The translations under genes and the position numbers were made by a program. A stretch of 63,962 nt of DNA, filler included, from Octopus bimaculoides (taxonomy: Eukaryota): the NCBI RefSeq assembly GCF_001194135.2. It is 5 parts of 5 records of this genome, joined end to end, with 100 filler letters (N's around TTAATTAATTAA, not from the genome) between each part and the next. Parts side by side here need not be neighbours in the genome. Positions count along the whole stretch, not along the records: positions 41,217 to 60,174 come from NC_069000.1; positions 60,275 to 62,803 come from NW_026398770.1; 3 more parts are not named here. The stretch is one strand, 5' to 3'. Numbering within the stretch: the stretch's first letter is position 1; every line of letters starts with the position of its first letter. The notes under the pieces are model-generated. The model had not been told where the DNA came from. It was given only the letters and a program-made list of their open reading frames with translations, and made no database searches. Shown here one piece after another: positions 48,848 to 61,234 of the stretch.

Positions 48848-48929
48848 TTCGTGTGTGTGTGTGTGTGAATATATGTGTGTGTCTGTGTCTTTGTATGCAT
48901 CTCATGTGTGTATGTATATATATATATAT
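47760..48929. repeat. Degenerate TG/TA-rich satellite containing a SINE-A 3' tip (47880-48003, minus)
   Basis: Directly visible. Confidence 0.85.
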
Positions 48930-49251
48930 NNNNNNNNNNNNNNNNNNNNNNNNNNNNNNNNNNNNNNNNNNNNNNNNNNNNNNNNNNNNNNNNNNNNNNN
49001 NNNNNNNNNNNNNNNNNNNNNNNNNNNNNNNNNNNNNNNNNNNNNNNNNNNNNNNNNNNNNNNNNNNNNNNNNNNNNNNNNNNNNNNNNNNNNNNNNNNN
49101 NNNNNNNNNNNNNNNNNNNNNNNNNNNNNNNNNNNNNNNNNNNNNNNNNNNNNNNNNNNNNNNNNNNNNNNNNNNNNNNNNNNNNNNNNNNNNNNNNNNN
49201 NNNNNNNNNNNNNNNNNNNNNNNNNNNNNNNNNNNNNNNNNNNNNNNNNNN

Positions 49252-49655
49252 TTTACTCTTTTACTCTTTTACTTGTTTCAGTCATTTGACTGCGGCCATG
49301 CTGGAGCACCGCCTTTTAGTCGACCAAATCGACCCCAGGACTTATTCTTTGGAAGCCCAGTACTTATTCTATCGGTCTCTTTTTACTGAACCGCTAAGTT
49401 ACGGGGACATAAACACACCAGCATCGGTTGTCAAGCGATGTTGGGGGACAAACACAGACACACAAACACATATATATATATATACATATATACGACGGGC
49501 TTCTTTCAGTTTCCGTCTACCAAATCCACTCACAAGGCTTTGGTCGGCTCGAGTCTATAGTAGAAGACATTTGCCCAAGATGCTACGCAGTGGGACTGAA
49601 CCCCAGACCATGTGGTTGGTTAGCAAGCTATTTACCACACAGCCACTCCTACGCC
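49252..49655 (-). mobile_element. SINE family A, full length
   Basis: Minus-strand head ggcgtaggagtggctgtgtggtaaat (A box), ggttcagtccc (B box), internal TA/TG tract, (AGAGTAAA)n tail. Confidence 0.92.
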
Positions 49656-49684
49656 TATATCTATATCAGTTGCTCAACCTGCTG

Positions 49685-50040
49685 AAAATAGCAACCAAAT
49701 CTTCCTCATGTCATACCCAACTACAGCTTGATCTACGAGAAATAGCAACCAAATCCTCCTCATCACAAATCCAACAATAACTGGGCCTGCTAGAGAAATA
49801 GCAACCAAATCTTCCTCATCTGAAACCCAACTGTAGCTTGATCTGCTAGAAATAGCAACCAAATTTCTCTCATATCACATCCAGCTGTAGCTCACCCTAC
49901 TGGAAATACAAACTTAATATCCCTTATATTATGCACATAATTTGAGAGGCTGAGAATGGCAGCCAATCTCCCTCATATCACATCCAAATGCAGTTTGATC
50001 TGTTGGAAACTGCAGCTAAATTTCCTTCCTATTTCACCCA
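49685..50040. repeat. ~53-bp minisatellite, 4 clear units plus decayed ones
   Basis: The unit core gaaatagcaaccaaatcttcctcat..cccaact.tagcttgatct recurs at ~49688, 49739, 49794 and 49849. Confidence 0.8.
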
Positions 50041-50859
50041 GACATCTTTTTATCATTTTACTTGTCTCACTCATTGGACTGCAGCCATGCTGGAGCACCA
50101 CCTTTAAAGAGTTTAGTCAAACAAATCAACCCCAGGATTTATGTTTTTCTAAGCCTGATACTTATTCTATAAGTCTCTTTTGCTAAACCCACTAAGTTAT
50201 GTGGACATAAGCAAACCAATACCCATCTCAAGTGATGATGAAGGATACTACACAAGCACAAAGACACACACACACATACATATGTACAACCTATTGGTAT
50301 ATCTCAGGCAACGTAATTGTGGTCTAGTACAGAGAAATAACAGGGTAATGCCATAGTAAATCCCAGAAAGTGTTATTTCTTTTTCAAATGATCAAAAGTT
50401 GGAGAGTTCGGAAGTTTGAAACGGTCTAACAGTTTTTTTTTTTGAGAGGTAGATAGACAGATAGATATTAAGGTAGATAGATAGATAGGTAGATAAATAG
50501 ATAGATAGATAGATACATAGATAGATAGATGGATGGATGGATAGATAGATGGATGGATGGATGGATGGATGGATGGATGGATGGATGTCAGACAGATAGA
50601 TAGATAGATAGACAGACAGATAGACAGACAGACAGACAGACAGATAGATAGATACTTTTAACTTCTGAACGTTTCATCCATCCATCCATCCATCTACCAA
50701 CCTCTCAAATATTTATATGTTTGTATGTTTGTCCCCCCACCATCGCTTGACAGCCGATGTTGGTGTGTTTACATCCCCTGTAACTTAGTGGTTCAGCAAA
50801 AGATACCGACAGAATAAGGTTCTAAGCTTACATTTGACCGGGTAATCTGAAGGCTAAGG

Positions 50860-51285
50860 ATGGTGGTGATGGTGGTGATGGTGATGACAATGATGACGAT
50901 GATGATTATGACAAAATTGCTGCTGCTGATGTTGATGATGATGGCTATTGAGGATGCTGCTGCTGATGATGATGATGATGAAAACGACAATGTCTATAAC
51001 AACAATGTTGTGGCTGCTGATGACGGTTGTCAAGGATGCTGATGATGACAATGACAATGATGATGACAATGTTGTTGCTGCTGCTGATGATGATGGTTGT
51101 CAAGAATGTTGCTGCTGCTGATGATGATGACAATGTCTATGACAACAATGTTGCTACTGAGGATGATGGTTGTTAAGGAGGCTGCTGCTGCTGCCACTGC
51201 CCCTGCTGCTATTCCTAATGATGACGACAACAATGACAATGTTGCTACCAATGATAATGGTTGTCAAGGATGCTGCTGCAGCTGA

Positions 51286-51322
<37 letters not shown>

Positions 51323-51565
51323 GGTGGTGGTGGTGGTGATGAGGATGATGAGGATGATGATGACAATGATGGTTGCTAACAAGGCTGATGACGATAATGA
51401 AGATGATGACGATGTCACACCAGCACATTTTCACCATCAACACCCAACCAAGGTGCTTAAGTGCTGAGAGCAATTTATTATGTATTATGATAATAACGTT
51501 TACTATGATGATGATGATGATGATGACGACGACGACGACAATGATGGTGGTGGTGGTGGTGGTGT
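50860..51565. repeat. GAT/GCT/GGT trinucleotide mosaic with cryptic higher-order units
   Basis: The blocks gacaatgttg..gctgctgatgatg..ggttgtcaagga recur several times. Confidence 0.85.
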
Positions 51566-51753
51566 TAATTAAGATGTTGGCAAACCTCTTCATGAGTTCT
51601 ACCTTAGCAGAGCATTTAAAAGTAGGTCTCTGTTTGTTAGCATAGAGAAGTTTCCAAGGACAAACCAATCCTAAATTCTTTTGGCAGAACTAATTAAGAC
51701 AATAACAAGTTGGAAAGTGTAAAAAAAAACAGACAATCTCAGGGTGTAAACAT

Positions 51754-52146
51754 CAGGAGTGGCTGTGTGGTAAGTAGCTTGCTTACTAACCACATTGTTC
51801 TGGGTTCAGTCCCACTGCGTGGCACCTTGGGCAAGTGTCTTCTACTATAACCTCGGGCCGACCGAAGCCTTGTAGTGGATTTGGTAGACAGAAACTGAAA
51901 AGAAGCCCGTCGTATATATGTATATGTGTGTGTGTGTGTGTGTGTGTTTGTGTGCCTGTGTTTGTTCCCCACCATCGCTTGACAACCGATGCTGGTGTGT
52001 TTACGTCCCTGTAACTTAGCAGTTCGCCAAAAGAGACCAATAGAATAAGTACTAGGCTTACAAAGAATAAGTCCTGGGGTCGATTTGTTCGACTAAAGGT
52101 GGTGCTCCAGCATGGCCGCAGTCAAATGATTGAAACAAGTAAAAGA
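51754..52146 (+). mobile_element. SINE family A, full length
   Basis: caggagtggctgtgtggtaag (A box)..gggttcagtcccactgcg (B box)..internal (TA)(TG)n..gctccagcatggccgcagtcaaatga.tgaaacaagtaaaag. Confidence 0.92.
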
Positions 52147-52667
52147 AGAGAGAGAGAGAGAGAGAAAGAAAATCAAATGATTTAGATAGTGTAGCTAATC
52201 AAAGGACACATGTTAAATTACACCTGATAAAGGGGTCGTGTGTTGACTGTTGGTTCCCAGAATAACACCGAGTTCTTCCTTTAATAAGCGACATCAGACT
52301 AAGATATCTCTGCAAGAAAAAGAAGACAAAGAAATGAAGAATCCCCAATAAGTGTGTGCATAGTTGTGTCATTAAGAAGTTCACTTTGCAACCATGTGAC
52401 TTTGGGTTCAGCATCACTGTGTGGTACCTTTAGCAAGTGTCTTCTACCATAGTTCTGGGTTGATCAAAGCCTTGTGAGTGAATTTGCTGGACAGAAACTC
52501 TGTGAAAACCCACCGAGACAAAAGACAAACTTAGTGGTTAAAAAATAAACAACATAACTGGTCAGACAACTTCAGATAATCTCCGTATATTCACACCATC
52601 GAATATAAATACATATTAAAATACTGGGGTGTTTAGCACCCAAAGCCCGAAAGTATAAAGATATACT

Positions 52668-53067
52668 CTCTTTACACTTTACTCTTTTACTTGTTTCAGT
52701 CATTTGACTGCGGCCATGCTGGAGCACCGCCTTTTTAGTCGAGAGCAAATCGACCCCAGGACTTATTCTTTGGAAGCCTAGTACTTATTCTATCGATATC
52801 TTTTGCCGAACTGCTAAGTTACGGGGAAGTAAACACACCACCATCGGTTGTCAAGCGATGTTGGGGGGGGGGACAAACACACACACACACACATATATAT
52901 ATACATATACGACGGGCTTCTTTCAGTTTCCGTCTACCAAATCCACTCACAAGGCTTTGGTCGGCCTGGGGCTATAGTAGAAGACACTTGCCCAAGTTGC
53001 CACGCAGCGGGAATGAACCCAGAACCATGTGGTTGGTAAGCAAGCTACTTACCACACAGCCACTCCT
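52668..53067 (-). mobile_element. SINE family A, full length
   Basis: Reverse complement of the same consensus, with (CTTTTACT)n tail at left. Confidence 0.92.
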
Positions 53068-53084
53068 AAACATATAAAAAATGT

Positions 53085-53321
53085 GTGAAAACCTGTATGA
53101 AGGAAAAAATATATGAAAATAATATGAATGTATATAGTGAGGCAATTAAAAATAATACAATTAGGTTATTCTTACATTATTCTGGATTCCTTTTTCTTTT
53201 GGACTTGATGATGGATGGCAGATTCACTTTACATTTAATAGCCTAACTATATTATTTTTAATCGCCTCACTATATACTTTCATATTTTCTTCATACTCGT
53301 CTTTTTTTTACAGGTTTTCAC
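53085..53321. mobile_element. MITE/foldback with ~85-bp inverted arms
   Basis: 53085-53170 matches the reverse complement of 53237-53321 (gtgaaaacctgta..tatatagtgaggc.attaaaaataata..ttagg.tatt). Confidence 0.7.
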
Positions 53322-53585
53322 AGGTTTTTAGAAAATCTTAAGCACTGAAGTCAATTTGTTTAACCAAAATATTACAAAGTGGTGCCCCAGCATGGCCACA
53401 GTCCATTGACTGAAACAACAAAAAGATAAAAAATAAAAGAAATAAAAGATAGATTTCATCATATTTTTATTTCCTTTGTGGTATTTCGCATGTGCTACAA
53501 GTTAAGCCAGTTGTAATGTAAACATAGTTTATAATGTAAATATTACTAAGTAGTTAATTAGTTTAGTCGTTAGCAATGAAGTATA

Positions 53586-54069
53586 GGTATGTATTTACTA
53601 TTGGTTTCTAATTTTGGCACAAGGCCAGCAATATTTTGCAGGGAGGTTGTAAGTCAGTTACATTAACCCCAGCGCTCAACCGGTACTTATTTTATCGACC
53701 CTGAAAGGATGAAAGGCAAAGTCGACCTCAGCGGAATTTGAACTCAGAACGGGAAGACAGATGAAGTGCCACTAAGCATTTCACCCAGTATGCTAACGAA
53801 TGTATCAGCTCATCTCTTAAGCATGTATTTAATATTGGTTTCAAATTTTGGCACAAGGCCAGCAATTTTGGGCGGGGAGGTTGTAAGTCAATTACATCAA
53901 CCCCAGTATTTAACTGGTACTTATTTTATCAACGCCGAAATGACGAAAGGCAAAGTCGACTTCAGTGGGATTTGAACTCTGAATAAAAAGACAGGAAATG
54001 CTGTTAAGTATTTCACTTTTGCTAATGGTTCTGATAGCTCACTGCCTTAGGCATGTATTTAGTATTGGT
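53586..54069 (-). mobile_element. Tandem pair of SINE-B bracketed by three copies of a 20-bp flank
   Basis: (g/a)g(t/c)atgtattta(c/a/g)tattggt occurs at 53586, 53820 and 54050. Both SINE copies share the variant gggaggttgtaagtca. Confidence 0.8.
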
Positions 54070-54321
54070 GCAGGTATGGCTATGTAGGTGTAGGCATGGT
54101 GGTGTGGTAAGAAGTTTACTTCCCAACTAACATGGTTCTGGGTTCAGTCCCACTGCATGGTACCTTGGGCATGTGTCTTCTACTATAAACCCCAGAAAGA
54201 CCAAAGCCTTGTGAGTGGATTTGGTAGACAGAAACTGAAAGAATCTCATTGTATGTGTGTGTGTGTGTGTGTGTGACTGTCTCTCACCAAAACTTAACAA
54301 CCAGTGTTGGTGTGTTTATAT
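54067..54321 (+). mobile_element. SINE family A, 5' two-thirds, running into a gap
   Basis: Partly duplicated head, then ggttcagtcccactgc..gtggatttggtagacagaaactgaaag. Confidence 0.85.
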
Positions 54322-55573
54322 NNNNNNNNNNNNNNNNNNNNNNNNNNNNNNNNNNNNNNNNNNNNNNNNNNNNNNNNNNNNNNNNNNNNNNNNNNNNNNN
54401 NNNNNNNNNNNNNNNNNNNNNNNNNNNNNNNNNNNNNNNNNNNNNNNNNNNNNNNNNNNNNNNNNNNNNNNNNNNNNNNNNNNNNNNNNNNNNNNNNNNN
54501 NNNNNNNNNNNNNNNNNNNNNNNNNNNNNNNNNNNNNNNNNNNNNNNNNNNNNNNNNNNNNNNNNNNNNNNNNNNNNNNNNNNNNNNNNNNNNNNNNNNN
54601 NNNNNNNNNNNNNNNNNNNNNNNNNNNNNNNNNNNNNNNNNNNNNNNNNNNNNNNNNNNNNNNNNNNNNNNNNNNNNNNNNNNNNNNNNNNNNNNNNNNN
54701 NNNNNNNNNNNNNNNNNNNNNNNNNNNNNNNNNNNNNNNNNNNNNNNNNNNNNNNNNNNNNNNNNNNNNNNNNNNNNNNNNNNNNNNNNNNNNNNNNNNN
54801 NNNNNNNNNNNNNNNNNNNNNNNNNNNNNNNNNNNNNNNNNNNNNNNNNNNNNNNNNNNNNNNNNNNNNNNNNNNNNNNNNNNNNNNNNNNNNNNNNNNN
54901 NNNNNNNNNNNNNNNNNNNNNNNNNNNNNNNNNNNNNNNNNNNNNNNNNNNNNNNNNNNNNNNNNNNNNNNNNNNNNNNNNNNNNNNNNNNNNNNNNNNN
55001 NNNNNNNNNNNNNNNNNNNNNNNNNNNNNNNNNNNNNNNNNNNNNNNNNNNNNNNNNNNNNNNNNNNNNNNNNNNNNNNNNNNNNNNNNNNNNNNNNNNN
55101 NNNNNNNNNNTTTTTTTTTTTTTTTTTTGTTTTGATTTTTTTTGTTATAGCAATATTTCTGCTTCAGCAACTCAGCGTTGAATCTGTTTGAACTTTAATG
55201 GAAAATAGGTCAGTTTCAAAACATTGATGTCCAGTCACAAAAGTAAAGTTTGAAAAGAATAGCATTCATTTCCTTTGATTTCTAGAAAGAAACAAATAGG
55301 AAATAACTCTTACTAACCAAAGACAAAAAGTTTTATTTTGTTACACAGTTTAATGCATAAGTGGTAACTAATTAAATGTTTCCTTTATTAAGCTTCTTTT
55401 TAAAAACAAATTTTCAATGACAAACAGCTTGTTCCAGCACGAGGAAACAGATGTTGCACTTTGTATCAATATCTTCCTCTCTCTCTCTCTCTTTAAACCC
55501 CCCCATACATACACACAAACATATGCAGATACATNNNNNNNNNNACATACATATATATACACTGACATATATA

Positions 55574-56215
55574 CAGGGTGCGGTGAATAAACTGTTGTCT
55601 AAATTACACAAAAATAAAAATAACACTGACATCTCATTTTAACAGAAATATTTACCAAAATTATATAAAAATATCTTGAAATATTAAAGAGTAAATTTAT
55701 TCAATAAAATCGCCATTGGCTTCATCTACTGTCTCCAGACAACTTCAGAATCTCCTATGGCTCTTCTGGACGGTCTCCTTGTTTAAGTTGGTGAATGCTG
55801 CCATAATTTTTACCTTCAGTTCATCTTTGGTGTTACAAGGAGTTTTGTTGGTCTCTTGCTCAACTGTGCCTCATGCCTAATAATCAAGAGGGTTGCAGTC
55901 TGGGGAGTTTAGGTGGCCAGATGTTAGGGGTGATGTGGTCACAGAAATTTCTGACAGCCATGACTGGGTTCTCCTGGGTTCTCCTGCTTGTGTGGCATGG
56001 TACAGAGTCCTGTTGCTAGACATAGGATCTTCCAGCAGCCACCCTCTTCACTCAGGGCAGCACTGCCTCCTTCAGGCACTTGATGTAGGCCACCATGTTG
56101 AGTCTGGGGCCATGTGGAAGATGAATGTAGGCATAATGTCACCATCGCTAGTAATCACTCCAAACACCATGATGTCGATTAGATGTTTGATTTTTAGCAC
56201 TCTCAGTACACGTCC
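55574..56215 (-). mobile_element. 3' half of a DD37D-type (maT/mori-like) Tc1/mariner transposon
   Basis: TA plus terminal cagggtg at 55572-55580. Minus strand IMVFGVITSDGDIMPTFIF..QSWLSE..NSPDCNPLDY..VEQETNKTPCNTKDELK..CLETVDEANGDFIE*, with the stop at 55697-55699. Confidence 0.75.
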
Positions 56216-56499
56216 TCAGATTAACACCTAAACACTCTGAAGTATTCCTATTGAAACTTCCAATGTGAATGCCAAGCAGTACAGCACATCACTTCCAAAT
56301 TTCTGGCAGAGTGAATTGTGTCATGGTGCTGGTGGTGGTTGCAGTGGTAGTGGCAGCGATGGCAATGTTGGTGGTGGTGGTGGTAGCGATACCAGCAGCA
56401 GCAAAAGTGGCAGTTGTAATAGTTGTAGTAGTAGTAGTAGTGGTAGTAGTAGCAGCAGCAGTAGCGAACTGAGAATTCTTTTCCTTTCATCACAAAGGT

Positions 56500-58047
56500 A
56501 AACGAAGGCATTGTAGCTCATGTTGCAGAGATAGTAAAGACAGAAGTCAAGGAATTTTGGCATGGGATGCAACTTTAAGAATGTAGACCAATGGAAATTT
56601 CAGCAACAAACAAGATCTTAAAGTATATACAGACAAGCATTATCATAAAAACTGACTGGTTTATGGAGGCAACATGTTTAGTGGTAGTATGAAATATGAG
56701 ATTTGAAGTAAGATGTCAGCTAAGCATTATGAGTAGACAGAACAGAATGATGGATGATGAACCATGGTGGAAGAGAAGGATTCTTGGAGGAAAGGAAAAT
56801 CATTGCATGCATGGCATGCTGGAACAAAATTATGGCATTTGATTTTAAAAAGTAGTAATTGAGGAACTTAGCGGAGGCGCAATGGCCCAGTGGTTAGGGC
56901 AGCAGACTCGCGGTCATAGGATCGCGGTTTCGATTCCCAGACCGGGCATTGTGAGTGTTTATTGAGCGAAAACACCGAAAGTTCCACGAGGCTCTGGCAG
57001 GGGATGGTGGCGAACCCTGCTGTACTCTTTCACCACAACTTTCTCCCACTCTTACTTCCTGTTTCTGTTGTGCCTGTAATTCAAAGGGTCAGCCTTGTCA
57101 CATTCTGTGTCACACTGAATATCCCCGAGAACTACGTTAAGGGTACACGTGTCTGTGGAGTGCTCAGCCACTTGCACGTTAATTTTACAAGCAGGCTGTT
57201 CCATTGATCGGATCAACTGGAACCCTCGATGTCATAAGCGATGGAGTGCCAACCAATTGAAGAACTTAAACAATGTGTGCAAGTTAAGAGAGTGAAAAAT
57301 CATCTTGATATGATGAGAGAATTAAACAGTACAGACAACATAGACTCTCCAAATGAGACCAAATAAGATTTTGTCAGGGAATAAACAGAGAAACAGGCAA
57401 GATACATGCAATGAGGAAGAAAGTCAAAGATTCTTGATCAAGATATGGGAGAAAGAGGAAACACACGAGTCCAATGCAGGAATGGTAAACAGCCTAAATG
57501 AAACCAATATAAATCGTCTGCAAGAAGACATTAACATAAGCAAGGAAGATGTTCAAGGAACAAGTAGAAAGATGAGCAACAGGAAAGTGGCTGGCTCAGA
57601 GGAATTCAGGGGTAATGGGTAAAAAAATTGACTGAATGGCATGAAAGAATAGCAGAAGAATTATGATCACTGCTTGAAGAGCTCACAGAAATCCTAGTTT
57701 GGTTGACCAGAAACAGAACAATATTGTGCCAGAAAGAAGCATCAGGGTAAACTGCTGTTGACAGCTTCAGGTCAATATCCTGTCTGCCCATCTGGAATAT
57801 TGGCAGGTGCAATGTATGAGTCCATGGGCCAGAATAACATCAGAGTGGAAAAATAAAGAAGAATGCAAATGTGAATGTAGAGGAACTAAAGGTCAACTAT
57901 TGATAGATAAGTCAACGCTGAAAGGTTGCAAAAAGCAAACAAGACCAACTTAGGGATGGCATGGGAAAATACCTGAAAGCATATGATATGGGTCTTCATT
58001 CATGGATTCTGGATTACATGAAAATATTTGGAACTGCACACAATATA
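56500..58047 (+). pseudogene. R4/Dong-clade fragment (N-terminal region to early RT), interrupted by SINE-C and cut off by SINE-A
   Basis: EPWWKRRI, IEELKQ (restored after SINE removal), KQYRQHRL, KIWEKEETH..NA, TNL.MAW..KAYDM..HSWILDYMKIFG. Confidence 0.75.
56871..57254 (+). mobile_element. tRNA-derived SINE family C with a 14-bp target-site duplication
   Basis: Head ggaggcgcaatggcccagtggttagg (A box)..ggtttcgattccc (B box). TSD aattgaggaactta (56857-56870) / aattgaagaactta (57255-57268). Confidence 0.9.
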
Positions 58048-58211
58048 GGCACAGGCATGGCTGTGTGGTTAGAAGCTTGCTTCCCGACCACGTGGTTCTG
58101 GGTTCAGTACCACTGCGTGGCACCTTTGGCAAGTATCTTCTGTTATAGCCTCGGGCCAACCAGAGCCTTGTGAGTGGATTTGGTAGACGGAAACTGAAAG
58201 AGACCCCATCG

Positions 58212-58252
<41 letters not shown>

Positions 58253-58495
58253 ATATATATATATATTATTTATATTTATGTGTGTGTGTATCTGTGTTTG
58301 TCCCCATCATTGCTTGACAACCGATGCTGGTGTGTTTACATCCCTGTTACCTAGCAGTTCAGCAAAAGAGACCAATAAAATAAGTACTAGGCTTACAAAT
58401 AATAAGTCCTGGGGTTGATTTCTTCAACTAAAAATAACCCTTTAAGGCGGTGCTCCAGCCTGGCCTCAGTCAAATGACATACAAGTAAATGAATG
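58048..58495 (+). mobile_element. SINE family A, full length
   Basis: ggcacaggcatggctgtgtggttag..ggttcagtaccactgcg..TA/TG tract..gctccagcctggcctcagtcaaatga. Confidence 0.9.
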
Positions 58496-59161
58496 ACAAA
58501 AGGAATATCCTGAATCTATTGAACCAAAGTATGATAGTGGTGGTGGTGGTGGTGGTGGTTTTTGCTATATAATATTTTTTTCTTCAACCCCCACCTAACG
58601 AGGATAGAGAGATGAGAAAGGTGGTAGATTTTGTTGCTTGAACAACAGAATGTTTACCAGAAAAAAAATCAGGTGTGGTTTCTGTTTTGTCAATTAGTCT
58701 AACTGAGGTATGTTATGCATTCGTAGTCAGGGCAACCAAGCACATCAACTGCTTTCAGTTTAACATGATCTGCACTTTCACACTTGGTAAGTGTATATAT
58801 GTGTATATGTATGCATGTGCTTGTGTGTCCAGGTATTTGTGTGTATGTGCATGAGTGTATCTGTGTATGTATTTGTTTGTGTGTGTGTGTGTGTGTGTGT
58901 GTGCATGGTACTGTATGTGTCTATATAAGTGTCTATACAATAATTTGACTATACACACAAAAAAATAGTTTTACTTTCTCATCACTGTGTGTATGTATGC
59001 GTGTGTGTGTACACATGTGTGTGTGTACACATGTGTGTGTGCATGCGCGTGTGCATGCTATCATATGTGTGTTTATGTGAGTGAGTGTGTATGCAATAAT
59101 TTGAGAAGAGAAGCCAAAAAATAATTTCCCTTCTTCATTACTCTGTATTTGTTTGTGTGTC

Positions 59162-59389
59162 CCATCCCTTTAGCATTTTAATCGGTCATATCCGGCCCAA
59201 ATATTCTATATGTTTTATGTTCAAACTGGTTAGATATTCGTTTCACATCTACCCTATGTTGCTGTCCTAAAAAATAAGCAATTACATCATTGTAATCTCA
59301 AAACTGCAAGATAATACATGATTAATTCAAAACAATATGAATAAATAAGCATTACATGTGACAGAGTAATTTGAAAGCTGGAGGGTTAA
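59162..59389. mobile_element. piggyBac-like MITE, uninterrupted copy
   Basis: ccctttagcat ... gctggaggg-ttaa. Homologous (inverted) to 29804-30622. Confidence 0.65.
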
Positions 59390-59952
59390 ATATGTACCAT
59401 TAAATATATGATATACAGGTATTTTGAAAATACCCCACTGTGTGATGACCATTTCCAGAATAGTTATGGGCTGTCCTCTGGCAAGGCACAGCACCTGTTC
59501 TGCCACCATGCCAAAGGTAGGTCATGGGACTACAGCATGGTGAATTGTAAAGAGGTAGTGGAAGAGCTAAATTGAGCCAATGATGCTTCTTATGTTGATG
59601 CTGAGCACAGAAATCCTAGAAGATCAACAGTCATGATCACCGGGATTTATCACGAGAGTAACAGCGATGCCTCCACAGGGAAGGCATCCATGCTTACGCA
59701 ATCAGATAATCAAAGATTCATTATGACTCTAGCTTCCAATTCAAATTCTTAATAATGGAATTGGATGGTGACAGAGAATCATGGGAATCTGTGAAAGCAG
59801 CAAAAAAGAAATCTTCCTTTTGCTTCAATTTCATTGATGTGAACATAAAAGGCACCAAAATCATATTCTATTATTCTTTGACTTGTTTCAGTTATTCAGT
59901 TATTGGACCATGTTCATGCTGAAGTACCATCCTCCTATGTTATAGTCAATCA

Positions 59953-60174
59953 TACTCTTTTACTTGTTTCAGTCATTTGACTGTGGCCATGCTGGAGCAC
60001 CACCTTTAGTCGAGCAAATCGACCCCAGGACTTATTCTTTGTAAGCCTAGTACTTATTCTATCAGTCTCTTTTGCCAAACCGCTAAGTTACGGGGACATA
60101 AACACACCAGCATCGGTTGTCAAGCGATGTTGTGGGGACAAACAGACACACAAACATAAACACACACATACATA
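59953..60174 (-). mobile_element. SINE family A, 3' half, ending at a scaffold join within its internal microsatellite
   Basis: Near-consensus 3' half. Confidence 0.9.
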
Positions 60175-60504
60175 NNNNNNNNNNNNNNNNNNNNNNNNNN
60201 NNNNNNNNNNNNNNNNNNTTAATTAATTAANNNNNNNNNNNNNNNNNNNNNNNNNNNNNNNNNNNNNNNNNNNNGGACAGGTGTCAATTCATCACACCCG
60301 TTTCTAATGAATTTTTAAATTGATAAATGAGTGCAATATATCATTATAAAAAAAAATGTTTTCTTCAGACAGATACATAAATCTTACAATCAAGGACATT
60401 TAAAATAATTCAAAATAATCTAAAATCCATGGCACTTACACTGGCAAGTGGTGTGTCTGTGTCTTTGTTTTTCTGTTTTTCTCTCCTGTTCGTCGATTTT
60501 TGCG

Positions 60505-61234
60505 ATGGCTGAAATGGACGAACAGCGTGCTTCCTTGAAATTCTGTTTTCTGCGGGGGAAAACGGCGGCCGAAACAGTTGCTATGGTTCTAATAGCTTAC
60601 AAGAACGCTGCCATGTGCAAAACACAAGTTTAAGAGTGGGGCTTATGCTTTAGGAATTGTCACTTGTCGCTTGAAGACCAACCTTATTCAGAGCGTCCGT
60701 TGACCTCCCGAACGATTGGAAACATTATGAAATTTCATGAACTGATCTTGGAGCACCATCACCGAACAACTGACGAATTTGTCGGTATGACTGGTGTATC
60801 CTGGAGCTCCTGCTAACGAATTTTGAGCGAGGAATCGTGAATTAAAAGGGCTGCAGCAAAATTTGTGCCTCGCTTGCTCACGCATGATCAAAAGCAGTCA
60901 CGACTGAAAGAACAGGTAAAGTGAAAGAACAGGTAAACCGAAAGAACAGTTAAAAGTTGATCCGGATCTTTTTTTCGAAGGTCATCATTGGTGAGAAAAG
61001 CTGGTACGACGGAATTTGCAGACGTGGAAGAAGTGAAGAAAAAAACGACGGAGGCGCTAAACGTCATAACTTTGCAAGAATTCCAGCGCTGCTTCCAACA
61101 GTAAAAAATGAGTCTGAACCGATGCATTGCTTCAAATGGAGAATATTTTGGGGAGCGATAAAAATGTAAGCATGTAAACTAAGTGAATAAAATGATACTC
61201 CAAAATTCCGGTTTCTTTTTTGGCACCCGCTCGT
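60505..61234 (+). pseudogene. Mariner transposon with most of the catalytic domain deleted; right TIR present
   Basis: MAEMDEQRASLKFCFLRGKTAAET..AKFVPRLLT..KVIIGEKSWY joined to FADVEEVK..FQRCFQQ..CIASNGEYF. Terminal aattccggtttcttttttggcacccgctcgt. Confidence 0.85.

Noticed and set aside
49685-50040. CRISPR-like repeat-spacer array
   Set aside because: Whole units are homologous with no unique spacers, the context is eukaryotic, and there are no cas genes.
56873-56946. tRNA gene
   Set aside because: The tRNA-like head continues into a SINE body with a TSD, so it is a SINE rather than a tRNA gene. The same holds for the SINE-A and SINE-B heads.
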